Part shown: positions 1 to 11,687 of the stretch, in pieces
Numbering within the stretch: the first letter of the stretch is position 1
How the letters are laid out: each line of letters begins with the position of its first letter
Assembly (NCBI RefSeq): GCF_009834535.1
Contig: NC_045698.1
Coordinates: 6,388,001 to 6,452,000 of the forward strand
Length of the DNA stretch: 64,000 nucleotides
From: Camelus ferus
Taxonomy: Eukaryota
Direction of reading: 5' to 3'
Made by a program: the position numbers and the translations under genes
Notes under the pieces: model-generated
What the model saw: only the letters and a program-made list of their open reading frames with translations
What the model was told of the DNA's origin: nothing
Databases searched by the model: none

Positions 1-920
1 GTTTAGCTAAAATGGATCTGCATTTTTTGGGATAGTTTTTCTAATATTCCATTTTCACATTTCAATGCCTTAGATGTAAAGGAGAAATCTGTCTGCTGGA
101 TCATTAAAAATGATATCCTTTAAAGCTAAATCTTATTCTGAATTAAAACTTGCAAAAGAAGATATTTCCTTCAAGAAGTATTAATCAGTGCTATAAGAGA
201 TAAATGAAAAGATCTAGAACCTGGATGTGACATGGAATTTGTAATTTATAGAGGTCCTCAAGTTAGAACCATCAAGCTAGTCTAAACAAACTTAAACACC
301 ATCTACATATCCAGCCACCAGGATAACCCTCTGTGCGTTTGCCCCAAGTCTTTGAATAGGGCTGGGGTCAGGGCTCTCTTTAGGACGCCATGTACCCACG
401 GTTGTTTCCCTGAAGGGATCTTCACTCACTGCAAACTCCCCTTCGCCTTGAGTTTAACAACCTGACTTGCGAGGCGTGGAAACTGCAGAAGAGTTCCATG
501 CGTGGCGTCTTCTCCTGTAACCCCAGCGTGGGATCTGAGTTAGTAGCATCTTGCTGTATATGCCATGACTGAATTTGTCCATAGGCAGTGGACTAACACA
601 AAGGCAAAAAATCAGGTCTGCAGAACAAAAAAGTGAATCTGGGTAGGGCATGTTTGCTGGAGGGCTTGTGGTATACCATTATCAGAATCAGATCTGCAAA
701 CATAGAGACAGGATCAGAGGGCCAGGAAGCTCCTGCAGCCTGAGCGAAGGAAGGGGTGGGAGAGGGGGACGTGAGGGAAGGGCAGGAGCCCAGTCATGAA
801 CGCACGCAGAACTGACCCGGGCAAGCATGTTTCCGGAAGGCTGCACAGCCTAAAGGCCACAGACCTTGACCATAATTTCACCTCAGATCTTTCATTTATC
901 TAAGTTGGTCTGCTTTATTT

Positions 921-1656
921 ATTTATTATTTATTTATTCATTCATTCATTTATTGAAGTATATTTGTTTTTTTACCATGTTGTGTCCATTTCTGGTGGGC
1001 AGCACAATGCTTCAGTCATACATGAACATACATGTATTCGTCTTCATATTACTTTTCATTATAGGGTTACTACAAGATATCGAACATAGTTCCCTGTGCT
1101 CTACAGTATAAACTTGTTATTTATCTACTTTATATATCGTAGTCAGTATCTACAAATCTTGAACTCCAAATTTATCCCTCCCTACCCGCCTCCCCTCTGG
1201 TGACCATAAGTTTGTTTTCTATGTTTATGAGTCTGTTCCTGTTTTATATATAAGTTCACCTGTATCTTTTTAGATTCCACATATAAGTGATATACGGTTT
1301 TTTTCTTTCTCCTTCTGGTTTACTTCACTTAGAATGATGATCTCCAGGTCCATATACGTTGCTGCAGATGGCATTATTTTGTTCTTTCTTACAACTGAGT
1401 AGTATTCCATTGTATAATTACACCACAACTTCTTTATCCACTCATCCATAGACAGACATTTAGGTTGCTTGCATGTCTTGGCTGTTACAAATAGTGCTTC
1501 TATGAACACTGAGGTGCATGTATCTTTTCAAATTAGAATTCCCTCCAGATATATGCCCAAGAGTGGGATTGCTGGAGTATATGGTAAGTCTATTTTTAGT
1601 TTTTTAAGGAATCTCCATACTGTTTTCCATAATGGCTGCACCAAACTACATTTCCA
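921..1656 (-). mobile_element. 5'-truncated LINE-1 (ORF2 C-terminus + 3' UTR + A-rich tail)
   Basis: ORF 1270..1509 ([18 protein letters not shown]...YYS) is the L1 ORF2 C-terminal signature. (TTTA)n tail. 20-bp TSD taagttggtctgctttattt (901-920) / taaattggtctgttttattt (1657-1676). Confidence 0.93.
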
Positions 1657-1775
1657 TAAATTGGTCTGTTTTATTTTGATTTAGATTCTGTTTGAACATG
1701 TTGTTTGCAATAGAAATCATCAAATATTTTAATCCAGTGGGCATGTTTTAAATAGTAATAGAACAAGTTGCTCAT

Positions 1776-2123
1776 TGCTGTGGACTGAGTGTGTGTCCTC
1801 CCAAATGTCATGTCAAAGCCCTAATCATCAAAGCAATGACATTTGGAGGTCAGGACTTTGGGAGGTGACCAGGTCAAGAGGATGGAGCCCCATGATGGGA
1901 TCGGTGCCCTTATAAGAAGAGACAGGAGAGAGAGGACCAGTGTGAGGACACAGCAAGAAGACGGCCATCTGCAAACCACGAACAGAGCCCTCACCAGGAA
2001 ACAAACCGGCTGGCACCTTGAGCTTGGACTTTCCAGCCTCCAAAACTGCACGGAATAAATGTCTCTTGTTTGAGGTGCCCAGTCCGTGGTACTTCATTAC
2101 AGCAGCCTGAGCTGACTGAGATA
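1776..2123 (+). mobile_element. MaLR solo LTR (MLT1A-like)
   Basis: Begins tgctgtggactga, contains ggacttccagcctcca...aataaatgtctcttgttt, ends cagcagcctgagctgactgagata. Matches the recalled MLT1 architecture. Confidence 0.8.
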
Positions 2124-3989
2124 ATTGTCAAAATTAAAGTAGAAGGACAGGGTCACCAGAAATCATCAGAAGCTCACTATAAATCCTCATAAACACAATG
2201 GAAACAAACGTGACCTTCCCAAGGCCTTGGTAGTAGGACTAGCTCAGAATTCTCAGGTTGAGGCCGCAGGCTGCTCTGCACTGACCTGCCCAGACCCTGC
2301 TCAGGGCCAGCCCATCCCCCTCACCATCCCCCCTCCAAGTACTGATGAGGAACTCAACAGCCTCTTAGAATTCCAACAGGACTCTATTCTCTGCACATCA
2401 ACCAGAACATTTATGGGAAAAAAGAGAAAAAACTAGGAAAAACTTTGGAAAGGTCCGTTTCATTCATTCCTCAACCCATCACATGGTAGGCTCACTGCTG
2501 TGGGGCATTAGGATAAAAATGGCAGGAAAAGAGTCCTGGTTCCTCTGCTCTCTAGTGAGCAAGACAGACACTGTGATGGTAATTCCTTGTCTGCTCTTAA
2601 AACAAACAACAGACTTGAAGTTCCGTCCCCAAGGCAACCAGGTCCATCTTCTCCAGGTCTTCCCCGAATACCTCTGGAAGCCTTGCTCATAGTAGCTATT
2701 TCCACCCAGCTTCCTCTGTGCTCCCTCCCTGTCCCCCTACTCTTCCCTCAAATGGAACTTTGGAGGCACCAGTGGCCTCCTTTGGTGATTCAGTGGTTAC
2801 GTTTCGGTCCTGACTTGACCTGACCACACAGCGGCCCCGGCCACAGCTGCCCACTCCTGCCTCTGGCACCCTGGCTGCTTCCCTCCTCGTGTAAGGCCAG
2901 CTGTTCCTCCGAAATCAGCTCTCAGCTTAACCATCACCTCCTAGGAGAGTCCAACCTTGCCTGGCCAAGCACAGGAGGCTCCCTGGCTCTCCCTGCCACC
3001 TCCCTCTATTCACACCCACTGCATAAGCTTGTCATCTCCTCTCTCAGAGTTTTCTTAGTGCTGGCTTCTTATCGGTTGTCCCCACTGGCCTGTAAGGTTC
3101 AGCAGAGCCAAACTGCCTGTCTGTTCACCATCTTACTCATCAGTGCTCAGATGGACCACAAGATAGGAAAACCTTAGTAAATCTCAGTAATTTCATCAAT
3201 AAAATTAACCAGCTGATGGATATAAGATATTATTAACAACAATGAAAATTGTATTCTATGCAAAGGTGCCAATTACACCAAACACTGGACAGAGGACGTG
3301 GAGGTGAGGTGGACTTCACAAAGAGGGAGCTCTGTAGGGGAGGACCTGAAGGCAAGAAAAAGCTGGGCAAGTTTGTGAAACTAAGACACAGCCATGAGGC
3401 TGGCCTCAGACACCCAGTGCTGTTCCTATAATGAACTAAGATGGCACCTGCCTTCAACAGGCGAGTTACTATGGAAACCAGATGGGTCTAGTTGTCACTG
3501 ATAATTGGGTCAGCATTGTTTCCTGTGTTTTCTATAAAATATTTTGTTATTTATGCCCATAGACATATTCTTCGGAATGCTTCTCCATACCGTCCTACAA
3601 TAGGAATTTCTTGCTGTGAACACTGTTTTTAAACCAATCGGAAATCATATGATAATCCCAGGATAGAATTTCACCCAGCGAGCTCCTCTAACAAATTTCA
3701 CTGTCTTAAATTATCCAAATGAAAAGGGTCTTGCCAAGAAAAGACTTACGTGTGGTTAAGAAACAATAGTTAAGAAGTCAGGCACTGCCTTTCCAATTAA
3801 AATTATGACTAACACAGTTTAAAAAAGAGAATGAAATTATTTCCAGAGGATGTTGAAGATGAGGGAGCCCGATGGGCTTTGCGGCTTGGAGGAAAGAGGA
3901 CAGACCCAAAGCATGATCGAGTGTTTGGAATGTAAAAAGTGAAATCAGACGATGGTCAAAGACTTCTCCAAGGAAGGGCAAGCTCCTAC

Positions 3990-4194
3990 CTGTGGCCAAA
4001 TAGATGATGTGGACCAGCGCGTCCCTGCCCTGCACCACGTCGACAGCCACGTGGGAGAAGCGGCTGTTGTCCTCCATGAAGGCGGGCACTGCGGTCACTG
4101 GCTGTACCACCTCATGCATCAGAATGAACTTCTGAGCATCCTGCAGGTTCCTTTCCGTCAGGTTCACGTACAGGCCCTGGTCCATGGTGCCACA
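3990..4194 (-). CDS. SEMA5A: SEMA5A coding exon (205 nt; ~exon 11), CGTMDQGLYVNLTERNLQDAQKF...HIIYLAT
   Basis: Inside ORF 3778..4239. Acceptor ...ctgcag|, donor G|gtagga, phase 0/1. Continues the frame of the preceding exon. Confidence 0.98.
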
Positions 4195-4804
4195 CTGCAG
4201 AGGAAGACAGGCCGTCACCAGAGCCAGCCCCCTGCACACCCACAGTTGACCGTGGCCACCCCGGCTGGAGGCTGACTTGGAATCTTAATGACTGGAGTGC
4301 ACAAACATGCCTGCTTCTCCATTTCCCTTGAAAGCTCCTGTCATTGGAGTCTCTCTTATTGCAGATCTGAACTCACTATATTTGGAGAGTCTCTTGACTC
4401 CATCATAAAAGAATGATCAGAAGTTTAAAAAACGAAAGTAGAAGCCATTGCTAACTTGAATTTAAACAGTCTCCTCAGCACCTGTTGAGCCCCTTGAGAG
4501 CTGTCTGGCTAAATGCAGGCTATTCTATCTGTCAGATAAACCAGGTTCGCACACTGGAAAGGCAGCCAACGCATCACGTAGATTTACTAGTTTTCCTTGG
4601 AACGAATGGCAGGTCTTTAAGTAAGGTCTGGACTCCAAGGAGATAGAACGAGGTCATGGTAATCTGTAAGCCATGCAGCCTTGCTCTGCTGCCTTTCACG
4701 TGGGCTGCAAAACACTAAGCTGGGCTCACTGCTCTGTGCTCATATTCTAAGCTAGAAGAAACAAAAAAATTTGTTTAGAGTCTAGCATCTGAGAACTAAC
4801 ACGG

Positions 4805-5369
4805 TGTAGGGGAGCAAAACTTGACACTCTGAAATGTCTCTCGGGCATGCGAGTTATTTCTAGCTGAAAACAATGAAGGCTGAAGAGATTCAGGAAAAAA
4901 CTTTGACCTTCCCCTTAACTGCTTAAAGAAAAAAAAATGAGGTAGAGGGTCTGCTCCTGGAATAGAGTACGTCCAGAAACATCTACAAAGAATACGGCCT
5001 GAGGGTGGTAGGGAAACTCGGCAGGGCCCAGGGATCAGGGTCCACGCTGTGTCTCACTGTCTCCTCCTGGGCCAGCAAGCATTTATTTACCAAACATTTG
5101 CTTTTCTATCTCTGGGTCAATTGCCTTCTTCCCCTTTGAAGACCCAAACTGCTACCCGCAAGGTCCTCTTTTATCTTTAGCTGAAGGTGAATTTGAGGTG
5201 AGGGCTTCAGTCATTTGGGGGAGTTAACTGGTTTTCCTGGTCTCTCCAATGCATACGTGTTATTAAAATTTGTTTGCTTTTCCCCTGTTAATCTTTCTCA
5301 TGTCAATTTAATTCTTCGACTGGTCAGAAGAACCAAGAAGGAGAGAGAGAAATGTCTTCTTCCCCAACA
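4805..5369 (+). mobile_element. ERV1-type solo LTR (MER34-like)
   Basis: TGTAGGGG...CCCCAACA terminal inverted repeat, ATTAAA poly(A) signal near 5262, degenerate 4-bp TSD acgg/atga. Confidence 0.75.
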
Positions 5370-6915
5370 ATGATGAATTTGCAAGAAGAGAGGGGGCTAA
5401 GGAGACAGACGAAGTGAGGGAGGAAGGGAGGTGGCGGGGGGAGGAAGAAATCAGAAGGAAATGGGCAGGAGGGGGCGTCTCGGGTCAGAAGTAGCATGAA
5501 GAGAAATCTGGGAGACACAGGGGAAATCAGGCCTGGGAATTGCTGAGAATTCAATTCAGAGCTGCGTTGTAGGGAGGCTGGCAGGTGTTCCACAGGATGG
5601 TTTTGGGCAAAGATGAGGTAAAAAGGGGGATAGGAAAGCCAGCCGAGCTTTCCTGGGGCAGAGTGCAGAATCAGAAAATTCGCACCAACCGCTCCCATTT
5701 CTTTCATAGACTTTAAGTCCTGGTACCAATAAAGGCTGATCCTCAGAGCTTCATCTAAGTAGGTTTAGTGGAAACGAATTCCCTGTCCATAGCATCTGAA
5801 ACTCCTTTTATAACATGTCATTTCCAGTACTTGCTCTTATAATCGGTTAGAGGTGCAGAAGTAGATGGAAAAGGCTTTTGTGAAACAGCCGGTACTGTTT
5901 CAGCCGGTACTCCTGACGCACTGGGTACAGTGCCTCCCACGCCAGGAAACGACAGCACGACTGTCGAATCAAAGACTCTTGCAGCGAAATGCATTCTGAA
6001 ACTGGTCCAGTGCTCGGTTTAATGTCACATCCTGGCAGGGGCGGCCTGGGTGCCAGGCAGTGGGAAGGTCAGGTGAAGACGAAGGATGCGGCTCTGTGAC
6101 CCGGAGCCACGTGGCCTCAGGTGAGGCCCTGCCTCTCAGCCTGTCTCTTGACCCATCAAGTGTCTAGAAAATACCTCCCCTGCTCACTGCGCAGGGCGGC
6201 TGTGAGGCCAACGGGGACTCTCAGTGGAGAGCATCTGTACATGAATCACACGTGCTTGCACATGCCGAGGAGCAAGGCTGTGCGCCTGGCACAGAGAAAC
6301 CATTCAAACAACAGTAAATGGTCAGTGTGTCCTCATGGAAGCAGCAATTCTATGGTCCATTGAGCCACAGAGGCTAAAGGGAATGAATGAATAGATAAAG
6401 ACAGGAAGGAATCAATGGATGAACACACGGCAGTTGTGTCGGGGGGTGGGGTGGGCTGTGTCAGGAGATTTAATGTCATTAACATATTTAATAGTAACAC
6501 TTGGCAGACAGAGCACTGCCTGTTAACAAATGTGTTACGAAGTGGAAGCTCTACCAGACTTGGTCTGAAGCCGATCCAGGTGAGTTCTAGTTCTGAGGCC
6601 GACAGTGTTTGGCTGTTTCCTCGTCCTGGAGCCAGCAGCAGTATTTCAGGCCCAGGTGGCATTCAGCAGTCTGCCTGCTGGGTGAAGTTTTGGACATGGG
6701 TTTTGCTTTCTACGCACAGTGTTTTTTGTTTTTTTTAAATTGACATCATAGAAATCAGGAGACATAATATAAAACTGAGGACCTCTGGCTGCTCTTAAGG
6801 ACACTGGGGACCTGGGATACTTGGAGGCCTGGGTGGGCCGGGACTGCCTGGCAAGACCCCTTGTGGTTTTCACTCCTGGACCCCCTGTCTTTAAGTCAGC
6901 AACCTCAACTGTCAC

Positions 6916-7680
6916 TGTGATGTTGTGATTTGTAATAAGAAATAAATATTTGGTCTTCATCCCTGTTCTGTCACCGAGCTCTTAAAACCCTTGAAATTTC
7001 CTAAGTGATGACAGTAGTAAAGATGTCTTTTGTTACGGCAATGAGGCGACTTTTGGAAAGCACCTAAGGATCGGGGCTGGTTTCCAGGGGACCCAACCAT
7101 GTGATTAGAGGGCTGGAACTTTCAGTCCCAGTACCCTGACATCCAGGGGGGAGAAAGGTGCTAGTGGTTGAATCCATCTCCAATGGTCAATGATTGAATC
7201 GATCTTGCCTGTGTAACAAAGCCTCCAGGAAAACCAGAAGGACGGAGCTGTGAGCTGCCAGGTTGGTGAACACATGGAAATTCAGGGAGTGTGTCCAGCT
7301 CAGAGAGAGCTCCATGCTCTTTCCCCAGACCTTGACCTTTGCATCTCTTCCATCTGGCTGTTTCTGAGTTATTTCCCTTATAACAAACCAGCGATCTAGT
7401 AAGTAAAATGTTTCTGAGTTCCATGAGCCAATTAATGAAATTAAAGAGGGGGGTCATCGGAACCATAGGGCAGAAGCATGGGTGCCAACCTGGACTTGAA
7501 GCTAACATCTGAAGTGAGGGTCAGGGAGAGTCTTGCAGGACTGAGCCCTTAACCTGTGGGATCTGATGCTGTCTCTGGGGAAACAGTGTCAGAACTGAGT
7601 GGAATCATAGGACGCACAGCTGGTGTTGGAGAATTGCTTGGTGTTGTGAGAAAAAACCCTATAGGTTGGAACTGAGTGAC
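6916..7680. mobile_element. LTR, MER21-like
   Basis: Starts tgtgatgttgtgatttgtaataagaaataaatatttggtc; internal ttaacctgtgggatctgatgct resembles the recalled MER21 consensus. Right end approximate. Confidence 0.75.
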
Positions 7681-9381
7681 AAAATTGCCAGCCAAGGACT
7701 GGTTTTAAAGTATACTTTATGATGGCCTGGTTTCTCTAACCAGCTTATGATGAACATCTCACCCAAGGACTCTTTTTCAAATATTTTGAAGGCTATTTAA
7801 ATTTATAGCGTACATTCATTAGCTCACAAGGAACCCACCTTGCTCTCTAATGGGCTGCAAATTCTCTAGCTGTGCCTTGTACAGTGGGCTCCCGCAGTGT
7901 CTGTGTGACACCCTGGGGACTCTGGGCGAGAGGAAAACAATAAAAATAGTAAAAACATAGCCATCGTGCTCGTGTGGCTCACAATCCATAACGGTGTCTT
8001 GCTAACGCCTCTGAAAATCATAGGATCAATACTTCTACTAATTCTTGGACAGTGAGACTTGCATTCTTGTTTGCTTGTTTCAGGGACCACTGATCCACCC
8101 TTGTCCTAGACCACCAGCGAGCTAGGTGGCAAATCTGCGGTCACAGCCTCACACTGGGAGCGCCAACTGTGACGGCACCTTCCTCCTGTCTTGCTACAAA
8201 CACACACTGCACACCAGATGGTGCGGATAACTCGGCCAAGCCCCTTCATTCGGCCTTCCAGCAATGGCTTCCTCATCTGCTTGACCACGTCTAAGGGTCT
8301 ATTTTCCATTTCAGCTCCATCATTTCTGATTCGCACTAATCAAAACTGCACAGAAAACTCCAGAGTCTGTCCCACGGCAGCCGTGCTGCTGGGTCTGGAT
8401 AATGTTTTCCGATAGTGACGGACGGTTGTCCTGCTGGGTGAGACAAGAAAGTCTGGACGACTTTGGGGGACTGCAGCCTTTAACAGGGCAGACTTTTACA
8501 GCACCTGCTACCGTGGTTGCTATATTGTAACTGACAAAATTAATGGGTTTTATTCTGTTTTGTTATTGTTTTCAATAGAGATTTCTGCGTTAAATCTTGA
8601 AAAAATGATGCACTGTTCCTCTTAACCCTTTCTTCTTCCTGAACCTGAATCACATATCTGCTCCGATAATTAATTAGCTGCTCCTAGTATGCAAGAACTG
8701 CATAGAATTCCAAATGTTAGTAGGCAAACAATAATAAAAAAGAATCAAAGCACTTTCCATTGTTGGTTATTGCAAACATAAAGCCCTTTAAACAGAACCA
8801 GTGGAGGGATCCTTAATTGAAAACACATTCCCACTCTTTTCCAGCCTAGACGGTCTCACGGAAGTCAGTAGGGTCGCCTTATGTTAGCAAGGTTATCAAA
8901 TATGCTAAACAAAAAGAAAACACTTGGTACCTATTTGCACCAGGAGTTATAGAAAGAATCACCATAATCCACAACTTAGCTTCCAAGGAAATCTTAAATT
9001 CTACCCGAAGAAGACAAGCTCAGCTGAGCAAGCTTCCTGTCTGAAATGCACGCCACATCCTGAGGGATTCACTGATTCCACTGCAGGGCCCGACTCCCAG
9101 CTCACAAACGTGAGTAAGCCCTTCAGTGTGACGCTGGCATTGTAAGACCAGATGGCTGTGGCCGTAGGAAATGAGGGGATTTGCTGTGTGAGACAAATAC
9201 ACCCAGGCTGAAAGTTATCCACTGCCTGGAGGAGGTCAGGCATCGCAAAGTTTATTAAATTACTGTTCACTGTGAAGACTTTTGCAATAGAAACATCAAG
9301 ACGCTAAAAGAACACTATAAATAGAGCGAGCACCTTTGTTAATTGCTTTTTAACCTTCAGGATTTTACAACGGGCTTTCTT

Positions 9382-9607
9382 TTTAATTCTTATTTTTTTT
9401 ATTGAAGTGTAGTCAATTTATAAGGTTAGTTTCATGTGTACAGCAAAGTGATCCATTTATAAATACACGTATATATTTCAGATTATTTTCCATTATATGT
9501 TATTATAAGAAATTGAATATAGTTCCCTGTGCTATATGGTAGGTCCTTGTTGTTTATCTGTTTTATACGTAATATGTATCTATTAATCCCAAACTCCTAG
9601 TCTATCC
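9382..9607 (-). mobile_element. Short LINE-1 3' end
   Basis: Poly(T) followed by attgaagtgtagtcaatt...atagttccctgtgctata. TSD ttacaacgggctttctt (9365-9381) / ttacaacgaaccttctt (9608-9624). Confidence 0.88.
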
Positions 9608-10578
9608 TTACAACGAACCTTCTTAAACAGTTAAATTTTACCCCAAGATTCAGGGACCCGGGTAGGCTGAGATACAGAGACTCAACAAAGGGGAAAGAGA
9701 GCTGGTGTTCAGCTAATAATTACATGAACCGCACATGTCAGCAGGAAACGTGACTGCTTCACATCTCGCTCCCACTCAGCTGTTGGCTTGCCTGAACTGC
9801 TTTGTCCAGCACTGAACTTTCTTCCTAGTAAGACTTGGATAATAAATATAAATCTGATCACACAGTTTCCTGACTTATAAGCAGGGCTAATGATGCCCCA
9901 TTTTATAGAACTGCTGAGAGGAGAAACTAAGACAAAGCACATAAAACAGATATTCCTAAAATAGCCCCCCTTCCTCACTTTACTGATGAGAACATGAGAT
10001 GGGAGAGGCCAAGCAATTCGCTCAGGTAAAGCAGTAACCCCTCCCAATTCCCAACCCCATGGTCTTCAGGGGAAAAAAAAAAATCAAAACAGTTAGAACT
10101 GAATAGCCCTGGCCGAAGTCCAATAAAGTGTAAAATAACTGAACTTTTCCATGCTCCCAGCTTTCTCACAAGCCAGAGATTTTATGTGTTAGGATGATAA
10201 ACCAACCAGAGTGTGGAGGCCTGGCTACAGGACCCAGTTTGAGCAGTGACTAGTTATGGTAACTAAAGTGCTTCTGGTTGGAAGAGGTTAGGGTTTTGCG
10301 TCTGAGAACTGGGGTTGGGGTCCCAGCTCGGCCACTAATCAGCTAGTGTCCTTGGCCCGAGTTATGTGCTCTTAGGCTCAATGTCCTTCTGCATCTGTGG
10401 GAGAAGTAGTCACCAGTCAAGGCACCATTGTCAGAATGCAGCCTGGAGCGTGTGAAGCACTGACCCAGGGTTGGGAATGTGGTGGTGCTAAAACTTACAT
10501 TTGATGGTGATGATGATGATGATGGTGGCGATGACGCTATGAAAGTTCTTCTCAGAAGGAGGGCCCTCAAGGGAAGCC

Positions 10579-10902
10579 TGCTGTGACGCACGAATGCCTG
10601 TGTCTCCCCAAGATTCGTATGTTGAAACCCTCACCTTTAGGGTGGCTGTATTTGGAGATGGAGCCTCTAAGGAAGTACCTGAGGTTAAATGAGGTCATAA
10701 GGGTGGGGCCCTGACCTCTTAGGATTAGCGTCTCTCCTTGCTCATTGGGGGAAAGCCTCATGAGGATACAGTGAGAAGGTGGCCCTCCACAAGCAAGGAA
10801 GGCAGTTCTCACCAGAAACTGAATTGGCCGGAACCTTGATCATGGACCTCTAGCCTCCAGAACTGTGCTATTTTGTTGCAGCAGCCTGGGCTCACTAATA
10901 CA
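10579..10902 (+). mobile_element. MaLR solo LTR (MLT1A/B-like)
   Basis: gattcgtatgttgaaaccct...gaggttaaatgaggtcataagggtggggccct...ctaataca. Confidence 0.8.
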
Positions 10903-11551
10903 TCTGCTGACCGACCACACACGAGTAAACTGCTTAATCTCTTTGCGTCTCAGCTTCTTCTAAACACGCGTAGATGGTAGTCGATGATGCACAGAGCCCC
11001 TGACAGCCTGAACGTGCTGCAGCTCTGCGATTTATGACTGAATAGCCGCCATCTGCTCTTCTTTACCCCTAGCTGCCCCATCGCATCTCGTTCACCCCAA
11101 CAGGAAACCTCACCACATTCGCCAGTGAGAGCTCAGATTCTGTTTTTTCACCTCCACTGCTCTGTGCCCTGGACCCCGCTCATTACAGTGTCATTCATCA
11201 GGAATCAGAGCGTCTGAGGACACGGAGTCCAGCATCATTAGTCCTAATTGAAGCTCGGATTCCCAACCTGCTGCATTATGCTAGCCTTTTTCAGTGCAGC
11301 CACTGGCCTCACAGCTGACAAAAGGCCCTTTCTCGGTCCAGGCGCCTCAGTGGACAAAAGGCCTCGGTCTATTTACATGAGGCAAGCTGAGTGTGGGACC
11401 GTCCACAAGGGGTGAGGGGGGCAGCAGCTCACAGCTGCATGCTGCATGCACCGGGAGTTTAAATTATCCCAGCCAGTCTGGCTACACAAGTTCTCCACAT
11501 GCTAGCTGAAGGGCTGACCATGGAGGAGTGCCCCTTTGTCCCCAGAATTAC

Positions 11552-11687
11552 CTGGAAGTTGGGGTTGGGGTTGGGATATGGCAGCCAGGCAGACCGCGAG
11601 TTCTCCTGGTACTTGAAAGGTCCATTAAAGGCCTGTGAGATGGCACTCAGGTTGAAGACACACACAGCCGAGGCAGCAATGCTATTC
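11552..11687 (-). CDS. SEMA5A: SEMA5A coding exon (136 nt; ~exon 10), NSIAASAVCVFNLSAISQAFNGPFKYQENSRSAWLPYPNPNPNFQ
   Basis: Inside ORF 11459..11908, with SAVC and GPFK motifs. Acceptor ...ttccag|, donor CAG|gtaatt, phase 2/0. Confidence 0.98.

Noticed and set aside
3952..4275. Plus-strand ORFs overlapping exons (also 11499..11918, 15255..15710)
   Set aside because: Antisense shadows of SEMA5A exons, in one case extended by a SINE.
11559..11575. (TTGGGG)n telomere-like repeat
   Set aside because: It is the antisense of exon codons for Pro-Asn-Pro-Asn-Pro-Asn.
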